Shown here piece by piece: positions 41,776 to 54,789 of a DNA stretch of 64,000 bases. The translations under genes were made by a program, and so were the position numbers. The notes under the pieces are model-generated. The model saw only the letters and a list, made by a program, of their open reading frames with translations, had not been told where the DNA came from and ran no database searches. The stretch spans positions 62,001-126,000 of the forward strand of contig CBCOSG010000001.1 in assembly GCA_965112735.1 (NCBI GenBank), written 5' to 3'. Positions within the stretch are counted from its first letter, which is position 1. Every line of letters starts with the position of its first letter. The DNA comes from Phaeosaccion multiseriatum. Its lineage: Eukaryota; Protista; Ochrophyta, other classes.

Positions 41776-42672
41776 CTAAGAGGAAACCCAAATCTTAAAA
41801 GTGACGTACAAAACAAGGACCAAATATGGTCCTATTATTTTATACGGCTCCCACCGCCATAGTTTGTAAAGTGACAGTCCCCACACTACTAAAAAAGTAG
41901 CATAGACCCAGCCAAGATACACATACATATGGCGGACTCCGAGGAGTCCAATGCAGGTGTATAAGATTATAAGTGAAAGATAAGCCAATACCAAAGGAAG
42001 GTCTCGCCACAAGCGGACGACAAAATCCCAACTCTCCCCAAGAATTTTAACCACCTTTTTTAGACCTGCCCCTACGGGGCATAGATCTATTACGTTGCCT
42101 GAGGCTAAAGTGGTTAAGGGAGTTGAGGAGTAAGCTTCGACTATCATGTGAGAGCCTCTGCCATTGGCAGTCAAATTACTGTCTCCCAACCATTCCTTAG
42201 AATACCGCACACAGCGAGTGCAATGTATGCAACGAGTCATCAAACTTTTTATACCTAGACCTAGAAAAGTCTCTTTGACCGTACGCTTTACTTCAGCGTA
42301 CCGTGTTTTGTCACTGCCGAAGTGAAAGCTTTGATTTTGGAGATCGCATTCCCCTCCTTGGTCACAAATAGGGCAATCTAGAGGGTGGTTTACTAGATTG
42401 AACTCTAAAACTGTTTCTCGGGCTTTTCGTACCAAAGGACTATGAAGAAAAAATCGTCCGCCTCCTAAAATAGGGAAGGCACAACTCATCTGAGGTTTTG
42501 GACCTTGGCTAACTTCTACTAGACAGGAACGACAATTTCCCGCGATATTTAATAAGGGATGATAACAAAATCGAGGAAGTTCTATGCCTAAACTACTACA
42601 TGCTTGTAATACTGAGGAAAATTCTTCAACAAAAACAAGCTGATGGTTGATAAATATTTTTTTAGTGGTCAT
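41776..42672 (-). CDS. nad11: nad11 Fe-S half with tail, mirror copy
   Basis: Identical protein. Confidence 0.93.
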   Translation of the reverse strand: MTTKKIFINHQLVFVEEFSSVLQACSSLGIELPRFCYHPLLNIAGNCRSCLVEVSQGPKPQMSCAFPILGGGRFFLHSPLVRKARETVLEFNLVNHPLDCPICDQGGECDLQNQSFHFGSDKTRYAEVKRTVKETFLGLGIKSLMTRCIHCTRCVRYSKEWLGDSNLTANGRGSHMIVEAYSSTPLTTLASGNVIDLCPVGAGLKKVVKILGESWDFVVRLWRDLPLVLAYLSLIILYTCIGLLGVRHMYVYLGWVYATFLVVWGLSLYKLWRWEPYKIIGPYLVLVLYVTFKIWVSS

Positions 42673-42855
42673 AGGAAGTATAAATTTTCTCTATTTTGAC
42701 TTGGGAGGTATTCTTTCTCTTTTTGCTTACTTTCCCAAGGTTTTTTACCCCTACCTGATTCAGACGAATGGCTTCCATATTAGGTTATAAATACCTATGG
42801 TATAATTTCATACAAATATCAGTACGATCTTGGTTTCTACTTTTTTACAAGTATT

Positions 42856-42926
42856 AGACCGGAGGGAAAGTCGAATTCCCATAATTGGATTTGCAATCCA
42901 AGGCATTGCCCTTATGCTATCCGGTC
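42856..42926 (-). tRNA. trnC: tRNA-Cys(GCA), mirror copy
   Basis: Reverse complement of 26958-27028. Confidence 0.88.
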
Positions 42927-43025
42927 TCCCATCGCATTCACTAAAATTACCAAAATATGTGATGCAAGAGATACCTTGAGGTTTTCTATTAGGCTCCTGA
43001 AGTTCGTAGGCAAATACCTAAGTAT

Positions 43026-43099
43026 TCGGGAAAATGTGATTTGAACACATGACCTTCTGTTCCCAAAACAGATGCGCTACCAAGCTGCGCCATTTCCCG
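43026..43099 (-). tRNA. trnP: tRNA-Pro(UGG), mirror copy
   Basis: Reverse complement of 26785-26858. Confidence 0.92.
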
Positions 43100-43122
43100 A
43101 CTGGGCTTCGAACATCAGATAC

Positions 43123-43275
43123 TTAACGGGGAAGATCCTTAAAAATCTTGCGTAATTTTAAAGAGGCACTAAGACTGGGCAGGTAGTAGAAAACAAAGAA
43201 AAAATAAAATCCAAAAAAACACAAACCCAAATTAAGAATTTGAGTAAAAAAGGTGATTTGATCAAATTGTGGCAT
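43123..43275 (-). CDS. atp8: atp8, mirror copy
   Basis: Reverse complement of 26609-26761. Confidence 0.92.
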   Translation of the reverse strand: MPQFDQITFFTQILNLGLCFFGFYFFFVFYYLPSLSASLKLRKIFKDLPR

Positions 43276-43711
43276 GGTTCTTCCTAAATATCACGAAGTC
43301 CGTATTTGCTCCTCTGAAACAAATCTAGGTTCTATAAATTACTGTTTGCTTCTTTTTTCCTTATTTTTTCCCTCACAAGAGAAGTGGAGTGGGGTGTAGC
43401 TAATTTAATATATATTTTTTGGTCTTCATCTTAAATCCCAGAAAGTCAGGAAACAGGATATTGCGGGCAAAGGTAGAACTTATACCTACGACTTTTAGAT
43501 CATGAGCCTAACAAGCTGGCCAAGTGCTTTAGTCCACCAGTATATGAAAAAACTACGTGAATCTTAGATTTAAAAAACTTCACAAATCAAACTACCTCCA
43601 CTGCCTAAGCTTCGCGCAGTAGACTCACTTATAATTCTATAGCTTAATAGCGTAGAACACAAGATAATTTACTTAGGATTATTCTACTTTTCTAGTATTG
43701 TAATCTACCCA

Positions 43712-44553
43712 TTAAGGTTTTTCGATTGTATCCTCTAGTTGGGCTCTATACTCTTCTCCTACATAATCAAGAACGGTATTATAGTCCTGAAGGAACCAAT
43801 TTACTGCCCCTACATCTACTTTCCCGGACGCCGTCTTCAATAGCTCTGAGGGGACTCCTCTTCTCTCGAGGAATCGGAATTTTGTGACACTTTCGTGAGT
43901 GTCCGCAGTGAAGTTAGCAAACGTCGAAGAAAATAAGTTTTGCATCGACGACCTCCCGTCTGGGCCATAAAGGTACTTTCCGATCCCCACGTCGACAAGT
44001 AGGCCCCCTATAATGAAAATTCCGGCCCTCTTTAAGTGTTCCACAGTTAGCTCCCACACTAACCTCTTTTTCGTGAACCCTCTCTCATAGAGTACACGGG
44101 GGTCCAAAAAACATTCATTAAAAGCCGCCGCGTTGCCCGCAGATATCCTGGCAAGAAGTAAATGGACATTAATACGAAAATTACACCTACAAAGTAGGCC
44201 ATATTTGAATACTGCCGCGGCAGAAGAATCCCCAATACAAAAGACCAATACAGATATGTCTGAAGTTTGCCAAAGATTGGATGGGTAAGACTGTCCGCGT
44301 AAAGAGAGACTACATAAAGGCCCTCTTTAGACCGAGTTTTGGCATTTTCAAATTTTAGTATCATCGACCATTTTTGATATTGAAACACCCAAACCACACA
44401 AAGACTCGCTTTAAAAATGAACGAGGCCGAATTTGGGTACATATACGGTAGCGGCAGTAAAAGAGTTTGAATTCCTAAAGTCAAAATGAAAGCAGGGCTT
44501 AAAATTTTAAACCAAGATTTTGCAGGAGAATTGACTAAAAACTGCAAGTACAA
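43712..44553 (-). CDS. orf280, mirror copy (T-run frameshift)
   Basis: The 164-aa and 178-aa pieces reproduce orf280. Confidence 0.75.
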
Positions 44554-44797
44554 GTAGAGAGCTCATTAGTTTAATTTTTTATCAAATTAAAGAAGTTCAT
44601 TAGTACACAAAACCAAAAAAAAATAAGCATACTCACCAAGAGCTTCAAAATCTCAGTGATGCTGATGCCTAAAAAATACCAAAACCCTATATTGTGTTTT
44701 AAGACTGACATAGGTTCCAGAAGCTTATGTTTCACCTTTATAAAGAAAACTTTCATTCTTAAATTCTATACCGCCTGAGGTTCAAGACCTTATTTCT

Positions 44798-44963
44798 TTG
44801 AATTCAGCCGCAGATTCCTCTACGACTACCTTGTTACGACTTCATCTCAGTTACCAAGCCTACTTTCAAATCCAAGAGAATAGACAAAGCATTTCATTGA
44901 CATTCTTCGAGCAAGCCCGGCTTCCAACATGTGACGGGCGGTTTGTACAGAGCCTAGGTACAG

Positions 44964-44996
<33 letters not shown>

Positions 44997-46304
44997 TGAT
45001 TCCGCCTTCGTGAAGCCGAGTTGCAGGCCTCAGTCTGAACCAAAGAAAGTGTTCAAGTTTGGCAAAGACTGATTTTATCTTTCCTACTCATTGTCCTTTC
45101 CATTGTAGCACGTGTGTAGCCCAGTTCATAAGGACCATAAGGACTTGTCTTCATCCTCGCCTTCCTCTTAAACCGTAGTCTAAGCAGTATGTGGAGTATG
45201 GACAAAGTTGGACTCACCAATTAAAACTTTGGTAAGAGCTTTATCTGCCACAAGAGGGTTGCGTCCGTTATAAGAGTGAACTTAACATCCTAAGACACGG
45301 ACTGACGACAGCCATGCAATACCTGTACTTCCTGTCTTTGGTCTTATCTCCGAGGCCGAAAAGGGAAAGAAGTATTCCAGAACTGGTAAGGTTTGGCGCG
45401 TAGCATCGCATTAAACCACATGCTCCACCACTTGTATAAGCCCCCGCCAATTCCTTTGAATTTCAGATCTGAATGCTGTACTTCTCAGGCGCAGCCTTAG
45501 CCTTAGCAGGGAAGATGCTTAAACTTCTCAGTCTAAACAGCTAGGCTGATATTTTAGGGTGTGGACTACCAGGGGGTCAAGTCCTGTTTGCTCCCCACAC
45601 TTTAGTCCCTGAAGGTCAGTGCGAATCTAGATAACCGCCTTCGCCTCTGGTATTCCCACTTATGTCTACGGATTTTATCCCTAAATAAGTGATTCTGTTA
45701 TCTTCTCTTCGACTCTAGCATCCCGGTTTTGTCAAAAGTCATACCCTTGGGGGTAGAATTTATCTTACGATCTAGGAAAATGCCCTCTACGAACCCTTTA
45801 TGCCCAATCATTCTGGATAAGGCTTGCCCCCTCGTATTACCGCGACTGCTGGCACGAGAATTGGCCGGGACTACCCCTGTGAATGGCGTCTGAATCTTTC
45901 CACGGGAGAGGGGTTTACAACCAGTTTAGCCTTCTTCCCCCTTGGAATATTGCTGGATCAAGCTTCCGCTCATTGTCCAAGATTCCTCACTGCTGGCCCC
46001 TTACAGGGGCTTGGACCTTGTCTCAGTTCCAATGTGGCTGGTCGACCTCACAGACCAACTAAGGATCTTTGAATAGGAAGGCTGTCATCCTTCCTACTTC
46101 CTTAATCCTTCGAGGATTCTTCCTTTCTTTTTTGTCTAAATTAGGCAAAAGTGGGGAAGACTCCCTACTTACTTTCTTCAGAAAGGGCAGATTTCCAAGT
46201 ATTACTCACCCGTTCGCGCTTTCTTCTTCTAAGAGAAGGCAACACTCGCATGTGTTAGGCATACTCCTAGCCTTCATCCTGAGCCAGGATCAAACTCAAG
46301 TCTT
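44798..46304 (-). rRNA. rns: SSU rRNA, mirror copy
   Basis: Reverse complement of 23578-25085. Confidence 0.96.
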
Positions 46305-48355
46305 TGATCTTTTTTATTTCCAAGAAATAAACAAGGGGGATGTGGTCTATAAAGCTTTATTTTAATTTTATGATTTAGATTCTTGTGGATAAATAAATTT
46401 CCCCGGTTCCCGGACCAGCCAGTATGTAGGGCCCATTTGCAAATTACACTCCAGATCCTACAGGGTTGGGGTTTCGTGCTAAAGATGGGACTCGCATTTG
46501 GTAGCCCTCTCATATGAGAAAACACAATCTAATGTAAGGAACAGGTTTTTTCGAGCACTTACAGAGTTTTGGTTCAGTACAAAGGATTGGTTTAATTACG
46601 AGAGCAGACTTTTGGCTTTTTTAAGTGTACCTCTTTTTTTCCTCTTTTTTGTTCGGGTCTGTTCCCTAAAAACTTAATCAAAAAGAAAAAGATTGATTAA
46701 AGATGTCCATCAATGAGTTTGTTAACTCATTTCTATTAGACGGAAAGAGCAATTTTTCCTCATATTTAACTAAGAGATCATAACCAAATCAAGGAAATTT
46801 TATACTTTAACTAGCGCATGATTGGGATGCTGAGTCTAGTTACCAAAGTCTCAGCTGCCTAATAACCAACATTATAGCCTCCATTTGAGATGAAGTAAAG
46901 TGCTTTATACTTTTAGAACTAATAAACTTTATTTTATGGAACCGATAGAAAAGGTTCTCTTATATCTTTGGTCCAGAGAATAAACCTTCCGTCCACTAAA
47001 TGTTTCACTGTCAATCTAACCTTCTCTTCGGTGCCTTTTAAAAAATATTTAGTCTCTAGGCGTAAAATGGGGTTAAGGCTCAATGAAAATCAAACACTGC
47101 AAAGGATTTTTTAAACAATCGGTTTCTAATTGACGAAAGACATAGTTTTCTTTCTCAATCTTTGGTCTTCCACACTTCTATTTATCTCAATTTCGACCAA
47201 GTCTGCTATCTTAAGAGTCCCCTCTTTCTTAACTAGACTTCACTCCAAGTCTGACTTGATTCTATGGTGTGGTCTAAGTCTTGCAGGCAATCTTATTCTA
47301 CTAATTTAGGGAAAATTATTATTTCTCAAGTATCTTTAGGGGTTAAATTAAGCTAAGCTTCGGCCAGAAGCTGACTAACTAAGAAAAGACTTGAGCTTAC
47401 AAAAAAAGAACAGACCAAATAGTTCTAAACTGTGTTGATGAAATACTTTGTTTATTTTCCTGTATTTGATGAAAACTTAAAAGAACTTTAGCTTGTCTAT
47501 TGGTAAAGCTTTATTTATCCGCATTTGAGTGACGGTTTTAAGGGCTGTAAAAAGCTTAAATAAGGGGTCAAAACTTGAGTTAGAGTAGATTAATGCTAAA
47601 ACTTAATAAGTGAGGCATTTTGATCAAATAAGTCCTTCCTATCCTTGCATTAGGCTTCTGGGTGATAATACAATAGGTCAGTAGGAATCAAGAAGTACAC
47701 CAATATACTTAAACTTTGGCAAGACTAACAAACATAGTTTTTATTTTTTTTTTTTTAGGATCGTGTAGATCAAAAAAATTAGGTTTTTTAGTAAAGAATT
47801 AAAGTTTTGAAGCTTTTGTACTTTCGGTGTCTATTTTGCATCGAAGTCGACTTTTGGTTTCTATGGGAACAGTTTGTTGATCAAAAGCTCTCCTGTCTTT
47901 TCTCCTTAAATTTAGCCTGTAAATCGACGAAACTGACAAAGACATTTTAATTCATCTTTTGATTTTATATAGAAAGCTTAAATAGAATTTTCTTCTTGGC
48001 TGTGGACAAGCCTTCTGAAGCCAAATATCTGCCTTTGTGCTTGTAGTGGGAAGAATCTTTCTAATCGATATGTTTTGTCTTATATTTAAAGCGTTTTAGC
48101 CACCCAGACAAGGGAATTCTAGAATAGATTTTTTTTGTGGTATTCATTTTTTTTATTATCAACGGACAACCAAAACTTTCTTTAATTTTTTAGATCAAAG
48201 ACTTTTCTCAGAACTTTTGTTTTAGTTTCCCGCCAAAACTTTTTTTTTCTTTGTTCAAAAGCAAAAAACTGGGTTGTCACCAAAGGAAAGACGAGAACTG
48301 AAATCCAAAAATACCCATGCAACAATGACAAAAAGACAGAAAAAAACCTACACAC

Positions 48356-48437
48356 AGGAGGGGATAGGATTCGAACCTATGAAGGAAGTTCCATCAGATT
48401 TACAGTCTGACACCATTAACCACTCGGTCACCTCTCC
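48356..48437 (-). tRNA. trnY: tRNA-Tyr(GUA), mirror copy
   Basis: Reverse complement of 21452-21533. Confidence 0.92.
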
Positions 48438-48445
48438 TTTAAACT

Positions 48446-48519
48446 TAGATTTGGTAAGACTTGAACTTACATCCCTCGGGACCGAAATCCGACACTCTAT
48501 CCAATTGAGCTACAAATCT
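48446..48519 (-). tRNA. trnR: tRNA-Arg(UCG), mirror copy
   Basis: Reverse complement of 21370-21443. Confidence 0.9.
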
Positions 48520-48786
48520 GGGGGGCCTCTAGGTGGAAATCACAACACAACATAGTGTATTGTAGTTTCCTCCTAAATGCCACGGACTCTTTTCAGGCAG
48601 GCATCACCTGTTTTGTGGCCCCTATAAAGGGGCCAATACAGAACAACATGGCTTTTATAAAGTCTTACTTATAATATTTACAATTAGTCATCTACCTATG
48701 AAAACTATGAAAATGGCCACATGAAGAGCCGTAGAACTAAGTTTATCTCTAAAATCAGGACTACCAACTTACTAAGATGTTATGAA

Positions 48787-49236
48787 CTACCAAAAACTAC
48801 TTTTGAATTGCCACCAGATGTGAATTTTAGGTTGGTTATAGACCATGGAATACAATGACGCAAAATTCAAAAGGCTTTTCTCAGAAGGTAGACTTAAACG
48901 AGATTCAATTTTAGTTTCCACCTGAGGAAGAATATCCACCTGCATAAGTACCCAAAATCCGTAGCCCTCCTTTTTGTTAACCCAACCTCCTAAATGACAT
49001 CTACCTGGATTAACGGATCTAGGACCCAAAATCTTCGGCTTAGTTCCATGCACCACATCCATAAATACCAATGAACAAAGGCTAGGCGAGTTTTCTCCGC
49101 AAGGGCTCCTCCCTCCTACAAGCCTAGGTAAAGGAAGGTGAGTGTTTTTCTTATTTACACTAGCTAGGTCAATACTCTGGGTCAATAATTGGCAGTGAAC
49201 GTCTTTTCTTAAAGAAATCAATTGCATTACACCCAT
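48787..49236 (-). CDS. rpl5: rpl5, mirror copy (3-nt insertion)
   Basis: Mirror of 20656-21102. Confidence 0.63.
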   Translation of the reverse strand: MGVMQLISLRKDVHCQLLTQSIDLASVNKKNTHLPLPRLVGGRSPCGENSPSLCSLVFMDVVHGTKPKILGPRSVNPGRCHLGGWVNKKEGYGFWVLMQVDILPQVETKIESRLSLPSEKSLLNFASLYSMVYNQPKIHIWWQFKSSFW

Positions 49237-49607
49237 ATAGGAGCCATACTGGCCACCTTCATAAATTTACGCTTTCTTAGTTCTATTGGAAGTGGATAAA
49301 ACACTCTACTACCTAGTACTTTCTGATTTTTGGTAAAGCACAGTACCCGATTGTGACCAAAACGCAGGTTCAATCCATTTTTACGTCTTTGAATAGCACG
49401 AGTGTGTAAAATAAATCCTCGAAGTTTATCTCCCTTCCGTAAGCCATAACGCTGAGTAGCCTTTGACTTGAGTCGGCGAATTGACACAAGAAGATCTTGA
49501 CCGAATTTAGCTTGACCTCCTCGTGGATAAGGTTTTATTTTGATACTTCGAAGCCTTTGGACCCCGGAATTATCTCCGAGGCGAAACATGGTTTGGGTTT
49601 GAATCAT
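49227..49607 (-). CDS. rpl14: rpl14, mirror copy
   Basis: Identical protein. Confidence 0.95.
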   Translation of the reverse strand: MIQTQTMFRLGDNSGVQRLRSIKIKPYPRGGQAKFGQDLLVSIRRLKSKATQRYGLRKGDKLRGFILHTRAIQRRKNGLNLRFGHNRVLCFTKNQKVLGSRVFYPLPIELRKRKFMKVASMAPIWV

Positions 49608-49705
49608 AAGGTTTTTGTTTTATTTAAGCAGTAGGCAGATTGGGAAACATAAGCTCTTACTAGTCCTTCTTCTTTAGTAAAATTTATAAAAAGTCTACAG
49701 GACTC

Positions 49706-50240
49706 TTACTCTTTCCTCTCCCGTGGAGGGTCAATGTAGAAGCATACAGCCAACAATCCCAAGATACCCAAAGCCCCAAGATAGGGTTCATAGGGGTACA
49801 TCTCCGAGATTGGTATGAGGTGGTAGACATGAGAAAAATTGCTTGCATCCATAATAGGCGCAAACCTCTCCAAATAAGTACACTAAAATATAGTGTGTGA
49901 ACCAAAAGAGGGAAAATGTTACTTTGGAAAGGGGGGCTTAATCCCTGAAACTTTCCAAAGTTTACTGTTACCCCGGAATCTTGTTTGACCCTGTGGTCAA
50001 AAAAGAAGAGTCCTATAGCGCAAAGCACGATAAGACCGGTAACTCCCCCGATTATCGGCGAGGGAAAAACTTTTCTTTCCCTTTAAAAAAGTTTAGTAAG
50101 GATCCCACTTCAAGAAGGGATGATAATACTGCCATCGTAAATAGAATACAAGTGAAATAAGCAAAAAGGAATAGGTCCACCTTTTCTAAGAAGCTTCTAT
50201 TCTTAAAGAAGGGTCTAATAAATTTTTTTTTAGTGCCCAT
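49706..50240 (-). CDS. orf176, mirror copy (several homopolymer frameshifts)
   Basis: Mirror of 19656-20186. Confidence 0.6.
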
Positions 50241-50376
50241 AGGACGTATAAATTTTCTCTATTTTGACTCGGGGAGGTATTCTTTTTCTTTTTGCTTACT
50301 TTCCCTATTTACTTTCGTAATTGAATGATTTGAACAGTACGCTAAATCGCGTAAAGGTTCTCATTATTAATTTAAC

Positions 50377-51552
50377 CTATCTTAGATTTTTATCAAGCAG
50401 TTGATTTTGCAAGTAAGAACTTAAACCGAAACCTAGCAGAACTACCACAAAGTAAGCAATTAGTAAAAAAGGACCTACGTATTTAGAAATATCGTCTAAG
50501 GTTTCCTGTCCTTCCCAACCTAAAAGAAGAAAAAGAATTACCGTCCAGAAGAATACAAGTTGATGCAGGGGCTGAAAACTCCCACTTCGAATTCGTCCCT
50601 GGTGAAAAGAAGGAAGAAGAAACAAAACACCAATACTTGCACCCATTGCTAAAATTCCACCTACTTTATGAGGAATAGAGCGAAGAACTGCATAAAAGGG
50701 CAAAAAGTACCATTCCGGTACAAGATGGAGAGGAGTTTTGATAGAATCCGCCATAATATAATTATCAGGATGGCCTAGAAAGATTGGGAAAAAAAACACG
50801 AAAAGGGCAAAAACAAACAAAAACACAGAAATACTGAATAGATCTTTGGTGTAAAAAGTAAGGATAAAAACGGATACCGTCTACCTTACTAGATACTCCC
50901 AAAGGATTATTTGACCCATTTTGATGTAGAAAGCTTAAATGTACGAATACTGCTGCGGCAATTAAAAAAGGCAGCACAAAGTGCAGACTAAAAAAACGCA
51001 CAAGGGTGGCATTACCAATAGAGTAGCCTCCCCCACAGCCACTTTACAATAGTCTTTCCAAAAAAAGGTACGGCGGAAAAACATACTTGTAATCACAGTT
51101 ACTCCCCAAAAGCTCATCTGACCCCAAGGTAATACATAACCCATGAATGCAGTGGCCATCATTAAAATAAAGATGGCCAAACCTGAAAACCATAAGGCTT
51201 TTCGAGGTCGAGTATATGAAGTATAATATAGACCTCGAAAAATGTGGAGGTATACTACAATAAAGAAAAAAGATGCGCCATTAGCGTGCATATAACGCAC
51301 CAACCACCCATTGGAGATACTTCTCATGAAGAATTCAATGCTAGAAAAGGCCAAATCTACATTAGGAGTATAATGCATGGCCAGAAAAATACCTGTAATC
51401 ATTTGAATTCCAAGGCAAATTCCTGCACTTACACCAAAACTCCAGGCATAGGTTAGATTAACCGGAGTAGGATAATCCACGATATGAGAATTTATTATTT
51501 GTACTATATTTTGCCGTCTCCAGGCAACACTCCATTGTCTAATTAGATTCAC
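50377..51552 (-). CDS. cob: cob, mirror copy (homopolymer frameshifts)
   Basis: Three ORF pieces tile cob. Confidence 0.93.
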
Positions 51553-51599
51553 GTTTTAATTTTTTATAGTTTTTAACACCAAGACTAGCTTATTTTCAT

Positions 51600-51670
51600 T
51601 GCGGCCAAGGAGATTTGAACTCCTAGCTCCTGCTTGGAAGGCAGAGGATTTACCATTAATCTATAGCCGC
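51600..51670 (-). tRNA. trnG: tRNA-Gly(UCC), mirror copy
   Basis: Reverse complement of 18230-18300. Confidence 0.91.
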
Positions 51671-51703
51671 TTAGTGGCAGGCAAATTCTATTATAAATTT
51701 TAT

Positions 51704-52438
51704 CTAGTGTAAGTGTCGATAGAATTTCTTTAACTTGTGAAAATCTACAGGAAAGGGATAGACTACATGAAGACGATCATCACACAAATGGAGATGTCGG
51801 TAATAGAGAGAAAACTGAGGTTTGGTAATTTCTTCATTTTGTTTACTATTCCCCAATCGATAAGCCAAAGGATAAGTTTTTGACGGCATCAACCAGGTTA
51901 AAATTTCTATGTGCTTTGCTTCTTTAGAGGTACACAAGTAGACTTGATAAGCTCTTCCCTCAATTTGTATGACCTGCCCTAATGCTGTAGAAGTTTTATG
52001 AGTTGCCTTCCGAGCATAATAGACAGGAAAGTCAAATCCCAGATTGGTCACTTTCTTGTGACGAATCCATCCTTGAATGCTCCGGCATTGGCGGCCTAAA
52101 CCCCAACGGTACAAACAAGCTTGAGTGGCATTTTCTAAACCATAAATTTTCAAGGAACTCATGGCTTTTTTCATCCAAGCATGAGACAGACCTCCATAAA
52201 AAAAACCTAAATTTTGTTTGAGATGTAATCTTTCTCGATACTGTGCCTTTTTAAATTTGTAGGCAGAGAAAGACAATTTTAAAGAGGCACACTGAAAAAA
52301 TCGATGTCTTGGTTTTCGGGGTTTCCAGGGTTGGCGCCAATCTCTCCAAGTTTTTTTTTGTAGAATTTTGGTATCTGAACCAAAAAGAGTACGTAAGCGT
52401 AACATTTGCTTGTATAAAGGTCGAGATTGGTATTTCAT
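51704..52438 (-). CDS. rps4: rps4, mirror copy
   Basis: Identical protein. Confidence 0.84.
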   Translation of the reverse strand: MKYQSRPLYKQMLRLRTLFGSDTKILQKKTWRDWRQPWKPRKPRHRFFQCASLKLSFSAYKFKKAQYRERLHLKQNLGFFYGGLSHAWMKKAMSSLKIYGLENATQACLYRWGLGRQCRSIQGWIRHKKVTNLGFDFPVYYARKATHKTSTALGQVIQIEGRAYQVYLCTSKEAKHIEILTWLMPSKTYPLAYRLGNSKQNEEITKPQFSLYYRHLHLCDDRLHVVYPFPVDFHKLKKFYRHLH

Positions 52439-52586
52439 AAAGGTTAAAAAAAGTTTTGCGAATTCAAAAGATTAATAGTAGGAATAGGAAGAAAAATTGT
52501 GAAGGTATTTAGTTTAAGCCAAAGGCAGGAAAAGTTTTTGGTCTTCAGTCCCTTTTTCGGAGTCTTCATCAATTTTTGTTTTATCT

Positions 52587-53324
52587 TCACTTATTTTTTT
52601 TTTCTCTCCTGATTAGTATTTTTACTAGTTTTATTTTAGCACTAGATAAAGAAGGATAAGCTCTTTGGGGAAAGAAGTTTTCGGGCCCCTCTTCTTTGGG
52701 GGGTATTTGTTTTCCACTGAAAGAAAGAATAAATGGCAGATCTTCGCCAATTTTTTCTCTTTTCTTTCGTATAAGTAAAGACCGCCAAGCTTCAATGTAC
52801 CAGCAAACTTGAGGACCTGTGCTAAAAGTATAAGGGATTGAATAATCAACACCTAAACTTTCCTGTCGAATATCCATAAATTGGAGTAAAGGGATATCTG
52901 CTTTCAAACATTCTTGAAGAATGCCTAAATCCGGGTCGGCGTCATGCAGAACTACTAAAGAATAAGTATGGGAACGGGCCGAAAAATGAGCATTAATGCT
53001 TCCATGTAACCAAGTATCTTTGTCTACGTAGTCGTGGCCGTATAAGGATACTAAACGTTCCCAATAATTTTCAAAGCCTGAAGGGCATTCTACAAAAAGG
53101 ATGCGGCCTCTTGCTCGAAGAATATGGTCTATGAAGCTAAAATGATGAGAGAGTCGATCTAAACTATGTTTTAAATTTAGCACCCATAAAGCATTTCGAC
53201 GACCGTATAAGAAGGTTTTTGCCCAATTTCCTTTGGACGCATAAAAACTAAGATACATTTTCCAATGAAGGAAAGCTCTACATACTTCCATATTTTTTAC
53301 CGAGGTGTCTGCTAGTCGCATCAA
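52587..53324 (-). CDS. rps2: rps2, mirror copy (compensating indels near the C-terminus)
   Basis: Mirror of 16576-17313. Confidence 0.83.
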   Translation of the reverse strand: MMRLADTSVKNMEVCRAFLHWKMYLSFYASKGNWAKTFLYGRRNALWVLNLKHSLDRLSHHFSFIDHILRARGRILFVECPSGFENYWERLVSLYGHDYVDKDTWLHGSINAHFSARSHTYSLVVLHDADPDLGILQECLKADIPLLQFMDIRQESLGVDYSIPYTFSTGPQVCWYIEAWRSLLIRKKREKIGEDLPFILSFSGKQIPPKEEGPENFFPQRAYPSLSSAKIKLVKILIRREKKNK

Positions 53325-53339
53325 AGTAAAAGATTTTCT

Positions 53340-54461
53340 CTATTTTCGGGATACCCACCTATTTTGACTTCTCGACTTTGGCATTTTTTCTCTCCACTGG
53401 GAATACTTATGCATACGAGTAGTATCCTTCTTAGGTTTCCAAACTGATTTTTCAAAACCTGAGAAAGAAAAACGCGGCGTTGTCCGAGAGACGTAGTTAA
53501 TCCATACTCTCACTTCTACTTGACCATTTTTGGTAAAGGCTATACTATTGTCATAAAGTATATTAGCTCGAGTACTTGTAAGTCCCAACTTGCCCACTGA
53601 ATAAACCCTTTTTTAAGTTAAACTTACGATCACGTCGATTTAAACGTCCGTTGATCTGTATACATAAACCCGCTACCAATCGAGAAGACTTTTCCCAATA
53701 AAAATTTAGAATTTCTGTAAGGAAATTTAGAAACCATTTCATTTTTCTGCGGTCTCGATAGTTCGTCTGAACTTGATGCTTAATAAAATGAGAAAGAAGC
53801 GAAGGCTTCCCCGGCGCACGAAACAAAAAAGAAAAAACTTGAATACTGGATCGAAAAAAGAGGCACGTTTGTAGTAGGGAAAGCGTTTCCGCCCCCCTTG
53901 ACCACCCCTTCGGAGAGGCAAACAGGAATAAGAAAGACGTAAAGTTACGTATTTTGTTTTAGCATACTCTGCTAAAAGAGGCAAAAGATTAGCACCGAAA
54001 GCAGGAAGAATCCCCTGCTGAACATTGACCGTTCGTCTATACACATAAGATGAGGTATACATCGCCCGTCGACGAATTAAACGCCAATACTGGGTAATAG
54101 ATTTGCACTGAGGGCTGACCCACTGAGTGTAATCAATTTTACTAAGTCCAGCCATTGGCGGGAATCGAAAATATTTGTTGTCAGAAAAAGTATCCTTCAG
54201 GACTCGTCTTCGACCGGAATTGAAGACCCAAGTCTTCACTCGTTTTTTTTGCCAATTTGCTCTAGTAAACCATATGATAACGTGGGCTTTCCAATAAAGT
54301 TGATTTCCCTGTCGACGAAGATCTGAAGTTTGAAGACAAAAATGCCGGTCCGCTATCAGAGCCTGAAGTGCAGTTTGAATTTGAGTATCTTCGTAAGCTA
54401 AAGATGAGGAGGCTGAACTCCAGGTACAGGGAGGCCGCGAAGATGACATCGTAGATAACAT
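53340..54461 (-). CDS. rps3: rps3, mirror copy (frameshifted)
   Basis: Three pieces tile the 373-aa ORF. Confidence 0.82.
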
Positions 54462-54516
54462 AAAAAACTTGATTTTTTACAGATATGGGTTTTTAAACAT
54501 GCACAGACAGTTTTTT

Positions 54517-54789
54517 TTACTTTTTAGACTTCTTTCTTTTTTTTTTAAACTCATACTTTGCCCGAGTTACCGAAAATTCCCCTAGCTTATGGCCAATCAT
54601 TTTTGCCTCGATCTTAAGACGTTGAAACTTTTTCCCGTTATATATAAGAAACATTTTATGTACGAAATTAGGAAGAACTGTGGATGAGCGTGAAGTAGTA
54701 GAAATTTTTTCTTGGGTTTTATATAAGGGTAAACGCCGCAAAATATTAAAGTCTACGTAAGGTAATTTCCATTTTGATCTCTTACTCAT
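54517..54789 (-). CDS. rps19: rps19, mirror copy
   Basis: Identical protein. Confidence 0.95.
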   Translation of the reverse strand: MSKRSKWKLPYVDFNILRRLPLYKTQEKISTTSRSSTVLPNFVHKMFLIYNGKKFQRLKIEAKMIGHKLGEFSVTRAKYEFKKKRKKSKK